Positions 19,336 through 27,512 of a DNA stretch of 64,000 nt are shown piece after piece. The first letter of the stretch is position 1; every line of letters starts with the position of its first letter. The translations under genes were made by a program, and so were the position numbers. The stretch is from contig JAQWRR010000018.1 in NCBI GenBank assembly GCA_029243585.1, positions 2,059 to 66,058 of the forward strand. Reading direction: 5' to 3'. Source of the DNA: Gammaproteobacteria bacterium. Its GTDB lineage: Bacteria; Pseudomonadota; Gammaproteobacteria; Steroidobacterales; Rariloculaceae. The notes under the pieces are model-generated. The model saw nothing but the letters and a program-made list of their open reading frames with translations. It was not told where the DNA came from and did no database searches.

Positions 19336-20457
19336 GTGTATACACAGTTCTATGGCCTGAGAGAGAGACCGTTCTCAATCACTCCAGATCCAAGATACTT
19401 GTATATGAGTCAACGCCATGCGGATGGGCTGGCTCATTTAATTTATGGTATCTCACAAAGCGGAGGGTTTATTCAGCTAACTGGGGAAGTAGGCACCGGG
19501 AAAACGACCTTGGTACGGAGTTTGTTTGAGCAATTGCCTAACGAAGCGGATCTTGCAGTTATTTTAAACCCTGAACTCACGACACAAGATTTTTTAGTTG
19601 CAATTTGTGAAGAACTCAATCTTGAATCACCAACACACTGTTCTCCTAAAGTCTTGGTGGATCAAATCAATAAATACCTTCTTGAAGCACATGCCCGAGG
19701 AAGGCGTACAGTATTAATAGTTGATGAAGCTCAAAATCTGGGAACAGATGTTTTAGAACAAGTCCGTTTGCTCACCAATCTAGAAACTCCACAACAAAAG
19801 TTACTGCAAATCATACTTATCGGACAGCCAGAATTACGAGAAATCTTATCGCGAGAAGATATGCGGCAATTGGCGCAACGTGTTACTGGCAGGTATCACC
19901 TAGAACCTTTAGGTTCCGAAGATACTAGCAAATATATTAATCATCGTATGAAGGTGGCAGGGGCATCTGATGGAATTTTTTTGCCAGCTGCAATTCGCGA
20001 GATTTACAGAAGTTCTAAAGGTGTACCTCGATTAATAAACGTTATCAGTGATCGCGCATTACTCGCAGGCTATTCTCAGGATAAAACTAATATAGACAAG
20101 CATCTGGTCCGGCGTGCGGCAGCAGAAGTCTATGGAAAAAATATAGTGTCACAATGGCAACGATGGTTTGTTACCCTCTTGGCAGTCGGTGGCGTTGCGC
20201 TTCTCGCACTGGGTTTAGGCCAATGGTTTCTCACTAAATATGATATTTCATTAGAACCACATTCTGCCGTAGAGGTTGAAACTTCTGACCTAGCATTTAG
20301 TACTGAAGCAATCGAAGTAATTGCGGTAGAGGATTTCGAGGTACCTGAAACTACACTTTTAGGACTAGAAGATTATCTTTCAGACTCCTCAATATCAAAA
20401 GATATAAATACTGATCTAAAGACGCCCAACACACCATTTTTATCTAGGATTCCCTGA
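19336..20457 (+). CDS. ExeA/GspA-like AAA ATPase (general secretion pathway protein A family)
   Basis: FYGLRERPFSITPDPRYLY opening, Walker A GEVGTGKTT, Walker B LIVDEAQNL, then a single TM segment and an acidic tail. GTG start. Confidence 0.8.
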   Translation: MYTQFYGLRERPFSITPDPRYLYMSQRHADGLAHLIYGISQSGGFIQLTGEVGTGKTTLVRSLFEQLPNEADLAVILNPELTTQDFLVAICEELNLESPTHCSPKVLVDQINKYLLEAHARGRRTVLIVDEAQNLGTDVLEQVRLLTNLETPQQKLLQIILIGQPELREILSREDMRQLAQRVTGRYHLEPLGSEDTSKYINHRMKVAGASDGIFLPAAIREIYRSSKGVPRLINVISDRALLAGYSQDKTNIDKHLVRRAAAEVYGKNIVSQWQRWFVTLLAVGGVALLALGLGQWFLTKYDISLEPHSAVEVETSDLAFSTEAIEVIAVEDFEVPETTLLGLEDYLSDSSISKDINTDLKTPNTPFLSRIP

Positions 20458-20458
20458 A

Positions 20459-21076
20459 ATGTCCTTCATACTGGATGCTCTTAAAAAATCAGAAAACGAA
20501 CGCCAGCAATCTGCAGTGCGTCGTATAAGTGAGATGCCTACTGTCATCCACCGCAATAAGACACCTCTATGGATGATTGGGACTATTATTGGGCTAACAG
20601 CCGGGGTTTTTTTACTAGGATGGGCTTGGCTAAATGATGTAAGACCCCTCAACCAAACAGTAGATGTTGTTGCTAAAAATAGCTTAGGCCAATCACCACA
20701 AGTTAACTTCACTGAGGCCTTAGACCCTATAAGTCCAGAATCAGAAAATAACCTAGGATTAGAACTTGAATCAGATCTAAACGTAGCTACACCAGAACAA
20801 CCTCTTACAGCAGAAAGCTCTCCAGCGGCTTTAGCGCCTGATACTTCAGCCATTCCCAGTATGTCAGATCTACTCTCATATGGAGTTCAGATTCCAAACT
20901 TAACCTTAGAGCTCCATGTTTTTAGCCCATCTCCAGCTGATCGTTTTGTGTTTATAAACTCATCAAAATACTTAGAAGGAGAAAATATCACTGAAGGGAC
21001 AAGTATTATTGAAATAACTGAGGAAGGGGTAATTATTACTCATGAAACCCAATTATTTTTGTTACCTCGCCAGTGA
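20459..21076 (+). CDS. GspB/ExeB-like protein (general secretion pathway protein B family)
   Basis: MSFILDALKKSE opening, one TM segment, and a C-terminal LTLELHVFSPSPADRFVFINSSKYLEGENI...GVIITHE block typical of the T2SS-B C-terminal domain. Starts 2 nt after the exeA-like stop. Confidence 0.7.
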   Translation: MSFILDALKKSENERQQSAVRRISEMPTVIHRNKTPLWMIGTIIGLTAGVFLLGWAWLNDVRPLNQTVDVVAKNSLGQSPQVNFTEALDPISPESENNLGLELESDLNVATPEQPLTAESSPAALAPDTSAIPSMSDLLSYGVQIPNLTLELHVFSPSPADRFVFINSSKYLEGENITEGTSIIEITEEGVIITHETQLFLLPRQ

Positions 21077-21190
21077 TAAACAGGCTTCAATTAGTGATGG
21101 TTTTATCAGAAAAGTTTATGTTGCAGCAAGATACAAGAAAAGATTATAGGGACAAAATAAGTTTTTCTTCTTAATGAGCATCCGAATTTC

Positions 21191-22009
21191 TTAAGTGCGG
21201 ATTCCAATACCACGACGTAGAAGGAAAAGCGCTAGTCCAAACAACCCAAATACTGCTACTAGTATGATGATGAAAGCGGTACTAAGAGGAATATCAGAAG
21301 ATCCAAGCATTCCATATCTAAAGGCATTCACCATGTAAAGAATAGGATTCACCAAAGCAACCTTTTGCCAAAAAGGGGATAACAGGGTGATAGAAAAAAA
21401 TACTCCCCCAAGATAAGTCAAAGGTGCAAGTACAAATGTGGGTATGATAGATATATCATCAAAACTATTAGCAAAAATAGCGTTCAGTAATCCTGCTAAT
21501 GAAAACACTATTGCAGTCAATATAACGACGGAAATAGTGACTAGTGGGTAAACAACACTCAAGTCTGTAAAAAACGATGCGACAATAGTTACTAGTGCCG
21601 CTACTGCAAGACCCCTAGCAACACCACCTGCAACATACCCTATTATGATGGTAGTAAAATCCAAGGGAGATACCAGCAGCTCTTCTAGATTTAGTTGTAA
21701 CTTTCCAGAAAAAAAGGAGGACACAACATTTCCAAAAGAATTTGTAATTACTGACATCATGATAAGGCCTGGTGCAATAAATGTTGTATATGGCACACCC
21801 CCCATCTCGCCAATCCGGCTACCAATAAGACTGCCAAAAATTATGAAATAGAGCGTCATCGTTATTGCTGGAGGAACAATAGTTTGCACCCATATACGTA
21901 GCACCCGACGTACTTCTTTAGTAACTATGGTTCTTAACCCCACCAGATTTATTTGAATAAGGTCAGGATTTTTAGGGATTTTATCTAACAAAGTATTACC
22001 ATCAAGCAC
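21191..22009 (-). CDS. yadH: ABC-2 type transporter permease YadH
   Basis: Near-collinear with remembered E. coli YadH (RIWVQTIVPPAITMTLYFIIFGSLIGSRIG..., VPGLIMMSVITN..., FDDISIIPTFVLAPLTYLGGVF). GTG start. Confidence 0.9.
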   Translation of the reverse strand: MLDGNTLLDKIPKNPDLIQINLVGLRTIVTKEVRRVLRIWVQTIVPPAITMTLYFIIFGSLIGSRIGEMGGVPYTTFIAPGLIMMSVITNSFGNVVSSFFSGKLQLNLEELLVSPLDFTTIIIGYVAGGVARGLAVAALVTIVASFFTDLSVVYPLVTISVVILTAIVFSLAGLLNAIFANSFDDISIIPTFVLAPLTYLGGVFFSITLLSPFWQKVALVNPILYMVNAFRYGMLGSSDIPLSTAFIIILVAVFGLFGLALFLLRRGIGIRT

Positions 22010-22025
22010 ACCAGTACAAGCAACA

Positions 22026-23009
22026 TTAGTTTGATTGCTCCTGAGCTATACCAGCGGAATCTTTAAGTTTTGACTGCTGAGAAATTTTAATATTTAAGTT
22101 TTTATTCTCAACAAGACGCATAAATAGTTCTTCAAGTCTATTTGATCGAGTTCTCATGCTAGATACATGCAATGACTGATTAGAAATCGCATTAAAAAGA
22201 CCATTGAGCCCCTGATCTTTAGCTACCTCAACCTCAATCTCATGGTTATTTCTGAGTCGAACCTCATACCCTTCTATGACTGGAGGGTTTTGCATAAAGT
22301 CCCTCATAGTTAAGACGAAAACCTCTCGTTGTAACTTGCTAACAACATTCGCCATGGCATCATTCTCTATTAGTTTACCCTCATCAATGATTGCTATATT
22401 TCGACATAGACTCTCAGCTTCCTCCAAATAGTGGGTAGTAAGAATAATTGTCATTCCAATATCATTGATTTCTCTCATCAGTTCCCACATAGATCTTCGT
22501 ATTTCTATATCAACTCCCGCCGTGGGTTCATCAAGAATTAGCAATCGAGGTTCATGAACTAGCGCTCGAGCAATCATCAATCGGCGTTTCATTCCTCCTG
22601 AAAGATTACGTGCAATATCATCTCTACGATCCCATAAATGAACGGCCTTTAAATATTTCTCAGCACGTTTTTTTGCTATGGATCTAGGAACACCATAATA
22701 ACCAGCTTGATTAATTAAAATATTCTCGTTCTTCTCAAACATATTGAGATTTACTTCTTGAGGCACAATTCCAATACAGGCCTTTGCTGCCTCGCACTGT
22801 TCATCCATATTGTGCCCAAAAACAGACACGGTTCCGCTGGTTTTATTGACTAAAGACGTAACAATACCTATCACTGTTGTCTTACCTGCACCATTAGGAC
22901 CAAGCAATGCAAAAAAATCTCCTTCCTGCACCGTAAGATCAATGCCAGAAAGAGCCTCTGTGCCATTCTTATAAACTTTGCGAAGTTTTTTAAGACTTAG
23001 TGCGTCCAG
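22026..23009 (-). CDS. yadG: ABC transporter ATP-binding protein YadG, probably CTG-initiated
   Basis: Walker A GPNGAGKTT, signature LSGGMKRRL, Walker B LLILDEPTAGVD. The reading frame continues upstream of the ORF-track start as LDALSLKKLRKVYKNGTEALSGIDLTV, which aligns with the E. coli YadG N-terminus. There is an in-frame stop at 23025-23027. Confidence 0.85.
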   Translation of the reverse strand: MDALSLKKLRKVYKNGTEALSGIDLTVQEGDFFALLGPNGAGKTTVIGIVTSLVNKTSGTVSVFGHNMDEQCEAAKACIGIVPQEVNLNMFEKNENILINQAGYYGVPRSIAKKRAEKYLKAVHLWDRRDDIARNLSGGMKRRLMIARALVHEPRLLILDEPTAGVDIEIRRSMWELMREINDIGMTIILTTHYLEEAESLCRNIAIIDEGKLIENDAMANVVSKLQREVFVLTMRDFMQNPPVIEGYEVRLRNNHEIEVEVAKDQGLNGLFNAISNQSLHVSSMRTRSNRLEELFMRLVENKNLNIKISQQSKLKDSAGIAQEQSN

Positions 23010-23221
23010 TGCTCTGTACCTTGGTTACAAAAAAATCAATATACTACTTCATTATCTATAGGCAAAAAAATTAGGTATGAAGGTAATTGGTGTCTGCAGA
23101 ATGATACGCTGTTATCACTATGGCGTACTGTAAAGTTTTCAAATTATTGAACTAAAACCTTTCATTGATGTTTTGGGCTTAGAAATGACAAATTTTCTTA
23201 ATAAAAGCGGAACCTAATTAC

Positions 23222-23962
23222 ATGTGTCTAGTAGCATTTGCCTTTGGTGTTTCCAAAGATTACCCATTAATATTTGCAACTAACCGAGATGAATTACACG
23301 CAAGGCCTACTTTAAGGGCCAAGTGGTGGGAAGATCATGAGCATATACTCGGAGGGCGAGATCTCCTCGCTGGAGGCACATGGCTAGCGGTAGACCAAAC
23401 AGGTCGGCTAGCTGCAGTAACAAATATACCGTCGAATCAAGATGTCATATTCGAAAAATCACGCGGACACTTGGTTAGAGACTATCTCATCGGCCAGAGC
23501 CCTATTGATCAGTTTATATCCACACTTGATGGTGGTGGTGGGTATGCGCCTTATAACTTACTGGTTTTTAATGGCGTTAATATGCTTTATTCAAGCAATA
23601 AAGTACCTGAAAAATTACTATCTCCAGGCACATATGCAATTAGTAATGCTCCAATGGGAACGCGTTGGCCAAAGATACATTATGCTGAATCGATTATTAG
23701 ATCTGCATTAACTAGTGCCACTCCAGAAAATGATTTGTTTGAGATGCTTGAAAACCAAGACTCTCAGAGCCTTGAAGAAAATTCACTCGACTATGATGAT
23801 CGTCAGTCACGTACCTTTATTAATAATAAGTTGTTTGGAACACGCTCTTCAACGGTTATAGTTATCTCAGGTACAGGCGAGGTTAATTTTATTGAGCGTC
23901 TTTATAATCCGGATGGCAGACGCTTAGAAGAAAATAAATACAGATTTAATCTTGGTTTTTAA
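23222..23962 (+). CDS. NRDE-family protein (TANGO2/DUF833-like)
   Basis: MCLVAFAF opening with the N-terminal Cys, and the literal NRDE motif (FATNRDELHARP). Confidence 0.75.
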   Translation: MCLVAFAFGVSKDYPLIFATNRDELHARPTLRAKWWEDHEHILGGRDLLAGGTWLAVDQTGRLAAVTNIPSNQDVIFEKSRGHLVRDYLIGQSPIDQFISTLDGGGGYAPYNLLVFNGVNMLYSSNKVPEKLLSPGTYAISNAPMGTRWPKIHYAESIIRSALTSATPENDLFEMLENQDSQSLEENSLDYDDRQSRTFINNKLFGTRSSTVIVISGTGEVNFIERLYNPDGRRLEENKYRFNLGF

Positions 23963-24626
23963 ATTGTTTTTCTAACCATTCTTTTATGTCGGCCACCTCC
24001 TCTTGGCATATAGAATGTTCCATAGAGTAAGTACGCCAATCCACTTGGTAGCCTTCGGATTTCAAAATTTCTTTTGAGCGTTTGCCGTAGGACTCAGGCA
24101 CTGTAGGGTCCATACTTCCATGAGCCATAAAAATAGGCGTTAGCTTATTAGCATCTGTTTTCTTTGATGAAAATTTCTTTGCTAGTGGCAAATAACCCGA
24201 TAGCGCAATGATTCCCGCAAGTGGATTCATTTTTGTTAAGCCAGTGTATAGCGCCATAGCGGCCCCTTGAGAAAATCCGACAAGAAATAACCGAGTTGAA
24301 GGTATACCTCGCTCAGCTTCTATTCCGATCAGTTGTAAAATTTCGGAAGAGCTTTTGCGAATACCATGCTCATCTTCCAATCCTCCACGCTCAAGAGAAA
24401 AAATGTCATACCAAGCCCTCATTGGGTAATTGCCATTGATAGTAACGGGTCGAATAGGGGCATGTGGAAAAATAAAACGAGCAGATTCAGATAAATTAAG
24501 TTGTGGAATTATTGATTCAAAATCATGTCCATCTGCCCCCAAACCATGTAGCCAAATTATGCTCCAAGATGGATCTATGCCGGTTTCTATTTCTAGGGTT
24601 TCAAGCTTAGTAGTACTCGTTTTCAT
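23946..24626 (-). CDS. Carboxylesterase/phospholipase-type alpha/beta hydrolase
   Basis: IIWLHGLGADGHDF, nucleophile elbow GFSQGA, and a late HG..D/H triad region. I prefer the start at MKTSTT (24626). The 3' end overlaps the convergent NRDE gene by 17 nt. Confidence 0.8.
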   Translation of the reverse strand: MKTSTTKLETLEIETGIDPSWSIIWLHGLGADGHDFESIIPQLNLSESARFIFPHAPIRPVTINGNYPMRAWYDIFSLERGGLEDEHGIRKSSSEILQLIGIEAERGIPSTRLFLVGFSQGAAMALYTGLTKMNPLAGIIALSGYLPLAKKFSSKKTDANKLTPIFMAHGSMDPTVPESYGKRSKEILKSEGYQVDWRTYSMEHSICQEEVADIKEWLEKQFKNQD

Positions 24627-24678
24627 TAATAAAGTATGAATGATTATCCGTCTATATAACAAAAAAGCGTATTTTATT

Positions 24679-24723
24679 TGCATTATTTGCGCATAATTAA
24701 TAATATATGCGCAATTTTATTCA
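24679..24723. promoter_or_regulatory. Candidate ArgR operator (ARG-box-like dyad) in the esterase/argR divergent region
   Basis: Perfect 9-bp inverted repeat TTGCGCATA (24687-24695) / TATGCGCAA (24706-24714). It is flanked symmetrically by TGCAT (24679-24683) and ATTCA (24719-24723), which are half-sites of the TGAAT-N4-ATTCA ARG box. It lies 12-56 nt upstream of the argR ATG. Confidence 0.45.
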
Positions 24724-24734
24724 TACAAGAAACA

Positions 24735-25199
24735 ATGCCTATAACTATCCAACAACAAGGTCGACGCCAATTGATTATGGAACTATTAGCGAATCACCAT
24801 ATTCATAATCAGGCTGAATTGGTTAAATTACTTCGCGTTCAGGGCTATGACGCGACTCAATCTAGCGTAAGTCGTGATCTTCGCGATCTAGGAGCAGCTA
24901 AGCTAAAAGGCGGGTATAGCTTACCCGAACGTTCAGACCAGGATAATGAACAGTCCTTAGGAATGGTTTCGGAGTTCGTGAGAGCCCTTAGATCAGCTGG
25001 GCCAAATCTAATTGTAATAAACACAGCTATTGGCGCGGCCAACCGAGTTGCACTTGTTTTGGATAGAGTTAGTTGGCCAGAAATTGTAGGTACGGTTTCT
25101 GGAGATGACACAATCTTTGTTGCGACGACAGGTATGGCAGCACAAAAACGTCTTGTAGCTCGATTACGAGGCTCTATAAGTAGTGCTGAATTGCAATGA
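24735..25199 (+). CDS. argR: Arginine repressor
   Basis: Winged-helix N-terminal domain (QAELVKLLRVQGYDATQSSVSRDLRDLG) and C-terminal oligomerisation/arginine-binding motifs (TAIGAANRVA, GTVSGDDTIFV). I prefer ATG 24735 over the TTG at 24678. Confidence 0.9.
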   Translation: MPITIQQQGRRQLIMELLANHHIHNQAELVKLLRVQGYDATQSSVSRDLRDLGAAKLKGGYSLPERSDQDNEQSLGMVSEFVRALRSAGPNLIVINTAIGAANRVALVLDRVSWPEIVGTVSGDDTIFVATTGMAAQKRLVARLRGSISSAELQ

Positions 25200-25218
25200 A
25201 AAATATGGGTTCTAAATT

Positions 25219-26436
25219 ATGAAAAATAACAACTCACCAATAGTACTAGCGTTTTCTGGCGGACTAGATACATCCTTTTGTGTCCCATGGCTTATGGATA
25301 CATATGAACGTCCAGTAGTCACTGCAACAATCAATACAGGCGGATTAACAGCTGCCGATGCAGACGCCCTATCGGAACGTGCTCATGCATTAGGAGCAAA
25401 AGAACATTTTCTAATAGATGCCCGAGAAGAGTTCTTTAACGAAGTTTTAAAATTCCTCATTATTGGGAATGTCCGACGCGGTCAGCTTTACCCGCTCTGT
25501 GTCGGCTCTGAAAGGGGAATCCAAGCGAAATGTTTAGCTAATCTTGCCAGCAAAATTAACTCATGTACCGTAGCTCATGGTTGTACGGCAGCAGGGAACG
25601 ACCAGGTTCGATTCGAGATAGTATTAAAAGCGTTAGCGCCTCAACTCGAAGTGATAGCCCCTGTCCGAGATCATTCTTGGGCGAGGGCAGATCAAGTAGA
25701 GTACCTCGGCAGCCGTGGGCTACCTTTGCCTTCTGCTGGATCCTCATATTCAATTAATCGTGGGCTATGGGGTGTGACTATAGGCGGTACTGAAACTCTA
25801 ACTTCTGAGCAAAGCATCCCAGAATCTGAATGGATCTTGAGTGCTGGTGCACTAGATAAGCCTCCAGCACGAGAGGAATTATCAATTGAATTCTCACAAG
25901 GAGTCCCAGTTAGTCTAAACGGACAGGCATTTCCACCAGTACCCCTCATAGAGAAACTGGAAAGTATTGGCTCAAAGTTTGGAATTGGGCGTGGAATTCA
26001 TCTTGGAGATACCATACTAGGAACTAAGGGACGGGTTGCTTTCGAGGCGCCTGCAGCAGAAATTCTTCTAACCTGTCATCGAGAGCTAGAAAAGCTGACT
26101 CTCTCAGGACTTCAACAACGCATTAAAGATCAAGTAAGTCAGTCTTACGGTGATTTTGTTCATGAGGGCAAGCAGCTTGATCCAGTCTGTCGGGATATAG
26201 AGGCGTTACTTGAATCTTCACAAAACCATGTAAATGGCATTGCTTACTGTCTCCTAGGACCAGGACATGTCTTTGTAAGTGGAGTGGAGTCTCCTCATTC
26301 ACTCATGTCCGCGAGTAAGGGTCAATATGGTGAATCTGCGGGTGAGTGGACAGCCGAGGATGCTGTAGGATTCTCTCGAATATTAGCAATACCCGGGATG
26401 CTACATACTCGGTCTAAAGCAAACGGGGGAGATTAA
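25219..26436 (+). CDS. argG: Argininosuccinate synthase
   Basis: AFSGGLDTS ATP-pyrophosphatase motif. About 400 aa, in arginine operon context. Confidence 0.92.
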   Translation: MKNNNSPIVLAFSGGLDTSFCVPWLMDTYERPVVTATINTGGLTAADADALSERAHALGAKEHFLIDAREEFFNEVLKFLIIGNVRRGQLYPLCVGSERGIQAKCLANLASKINSCTVAHGCTAAGNDQVRFEIVLKALAPQLEVIAPVRDHSWARADQVEYLGSRGLPLPSAGSSYSINRGLWGVTIGGTETLTSEQSIPESEWILSAGALDKPPAREELSIEFSQGVPVSLNGQAFPPVPLIEKLESIGSKFGIGRGIHLGDTILGTKGRVAFEAPAAEILLTCHRELEKLTLSGLQQRIKDQVSQSYGDFVHEGKQLDPVCRDIEALLESSQNHVNGIAYCLLGPGHVFVSGVESPHSLMSASKGQYGESAGEWTAEDAVGFSRILAIPGMLHTRSKANGGD

Positions 26437-26438
26437 TC

Positions 26439-27512
26439 ATGCGTCCCTTTATCGTAGATAAGATTGCATCGGTAGCAATTGGCACAGAAATTGGTCGAGA
26501 AATCCGAACTAGCGCTGAAATTCCCTGTGAAGAAGGTGTGCTAGTAGCAGTTGAGGTCCTAAATAATAAGTCACGCTATAACACCTTAGAGCTAACAAGC
26601 GGACGTATGGCTCAAGTGAAACGAGGAGACATAATTGTTGGGGCTCTTGGACACCGTAAGGCCCTTTTTGGATACTCCGGACATCTACCAGAAAAGCTCT
26701 CTCCAGGCGATATTGTTCAATTACTAAACCTAGGTGGTGTATTAGGAGTTTGCGATTCTGTAAACCCGAATCAAGGGAAACCTTTCGACTGCCGAGTGCT
26801 AGGTGTTGTACTTGACTTTCCTTATCTTGGCGAACGAATCGGCGTACCAGCACGAGTAAATAATGTGCCTATTAAAGATCTATCACCACTTAGTCTAGCC
26901 GATACCCCTATAGTAGCTTTTGCCGGAACCTGCATGGATTCTGGAAAAACGGCTGCAGCATGTGCTGTGATAAGCCGCTTTTCGCAACGAGGACTAACCG
27001 TGGATGCATTTAAATCAACGGGAGTTGCTCTGCAACGTGACATTCTTGCCATGGAGGATGCAGGTGCTCGTAACACAAGAATTTTTACTGATCATGGTGT
27101 TGTTTGTACAACATCCGATAATGCCCCGGAGTTGACTCGCAAACTTATGGTTGGGCTTGCTTCTGAAAAACCGGATGTGATTGTATTTGAGCTTGGGGAT
27201 GGAATGCTTGGTGCCTATGGAGTTGAGGCGATCCTGCTAGATCCAGAAATAAATAAGGCTCTAAGTGGTGTAGTGCTGTGTGCTAACGACCCAGTGGGCG
27301 CTTGGGGTGGAGTCAAACTTCTTCGAGAAGAATTTAATATCGAGCCGATTGCAGTAACTGGCCCAGCCACTGATAACTTGGTTGGAATTGAAATTATCGA
27401 ACAACGTATCAAGGTTCGTGCGGCGAATGCACTTACACATGGTGCTGACTTGGGTGACTTGATACAAGATCAGATAGGACTTGCCCCAAAACAAGTTGAG
27501 GTTTCTCCATGA
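26439..27512 (+). CDS. Uncharacterised protein X with a dethiobiotin-synthetase/DUF1611-like P-loop domain, embedded in the arg operon
   Basis: Starts 2 nt after the argG stop, and its stop overlaps the argC ATG (ATGA). GTCMDSGKT (nt 26925-26951), a downstream KSTG and PDVIVFELGDG resemble the BioD/CobQ/DUF1611 fold pattern. The N-terminal 150 aa or so are unassigned. Confidence 0.6.
   Translation: MRPFIVDKIASVAIGTEIGREIRTSAEIPCEEGVLVAVEVLNNKSRYNTLELTSGRMAQVKRGDIIVGALGHRKALFGYSGHLPEKLSPGDIVQLLNLGGVLGVCDSVNPNQGKPFDCRVLGVVLDFPYLGERIGVPARVNNVPIKDLSPLSLADTPIVAFAGTCMDSGKTAAACAVISRFSQRGLTVDAFKSTGVALQRDILAMEDAGARNTRIFTDHGVVCTTSDNAPELTRKLMVGLASEKPDVIVFELGDGMLGAYGVEAILLDPEINKALSGVVLCANDPVGAWGGVKLLREEFNIEPIAVTGPATDNLVGIEIIEQRIKVRAANALTHGADLGDLIQDQIGLAPKQVEVSP

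Noticed and set aside
20440-20853. 137-aa ORF antisense to the GspB-like gene
   Set aside because: The plus-strand frame has the characteristic MSFILDALKKSE N-terminus, a TM segment and the GspB C-terminal block, and it is coupled to the exeA-like gene. The antisense ORF has no supporting features.
24627-24683. N-terminal extensions suggested by the longest-ORF track: esterase to 24683, argR from 24678, POT to 42909, TPR protein to 53368, subunit IV from 50340, ferredoxin reductase from 11622
   Set aside because: The extensions encode non-conserved, often hydrophobic or odd peptides. They would overlap neighbouring genes or the operator region. Internal ATGs give N-termini that match family expectations.
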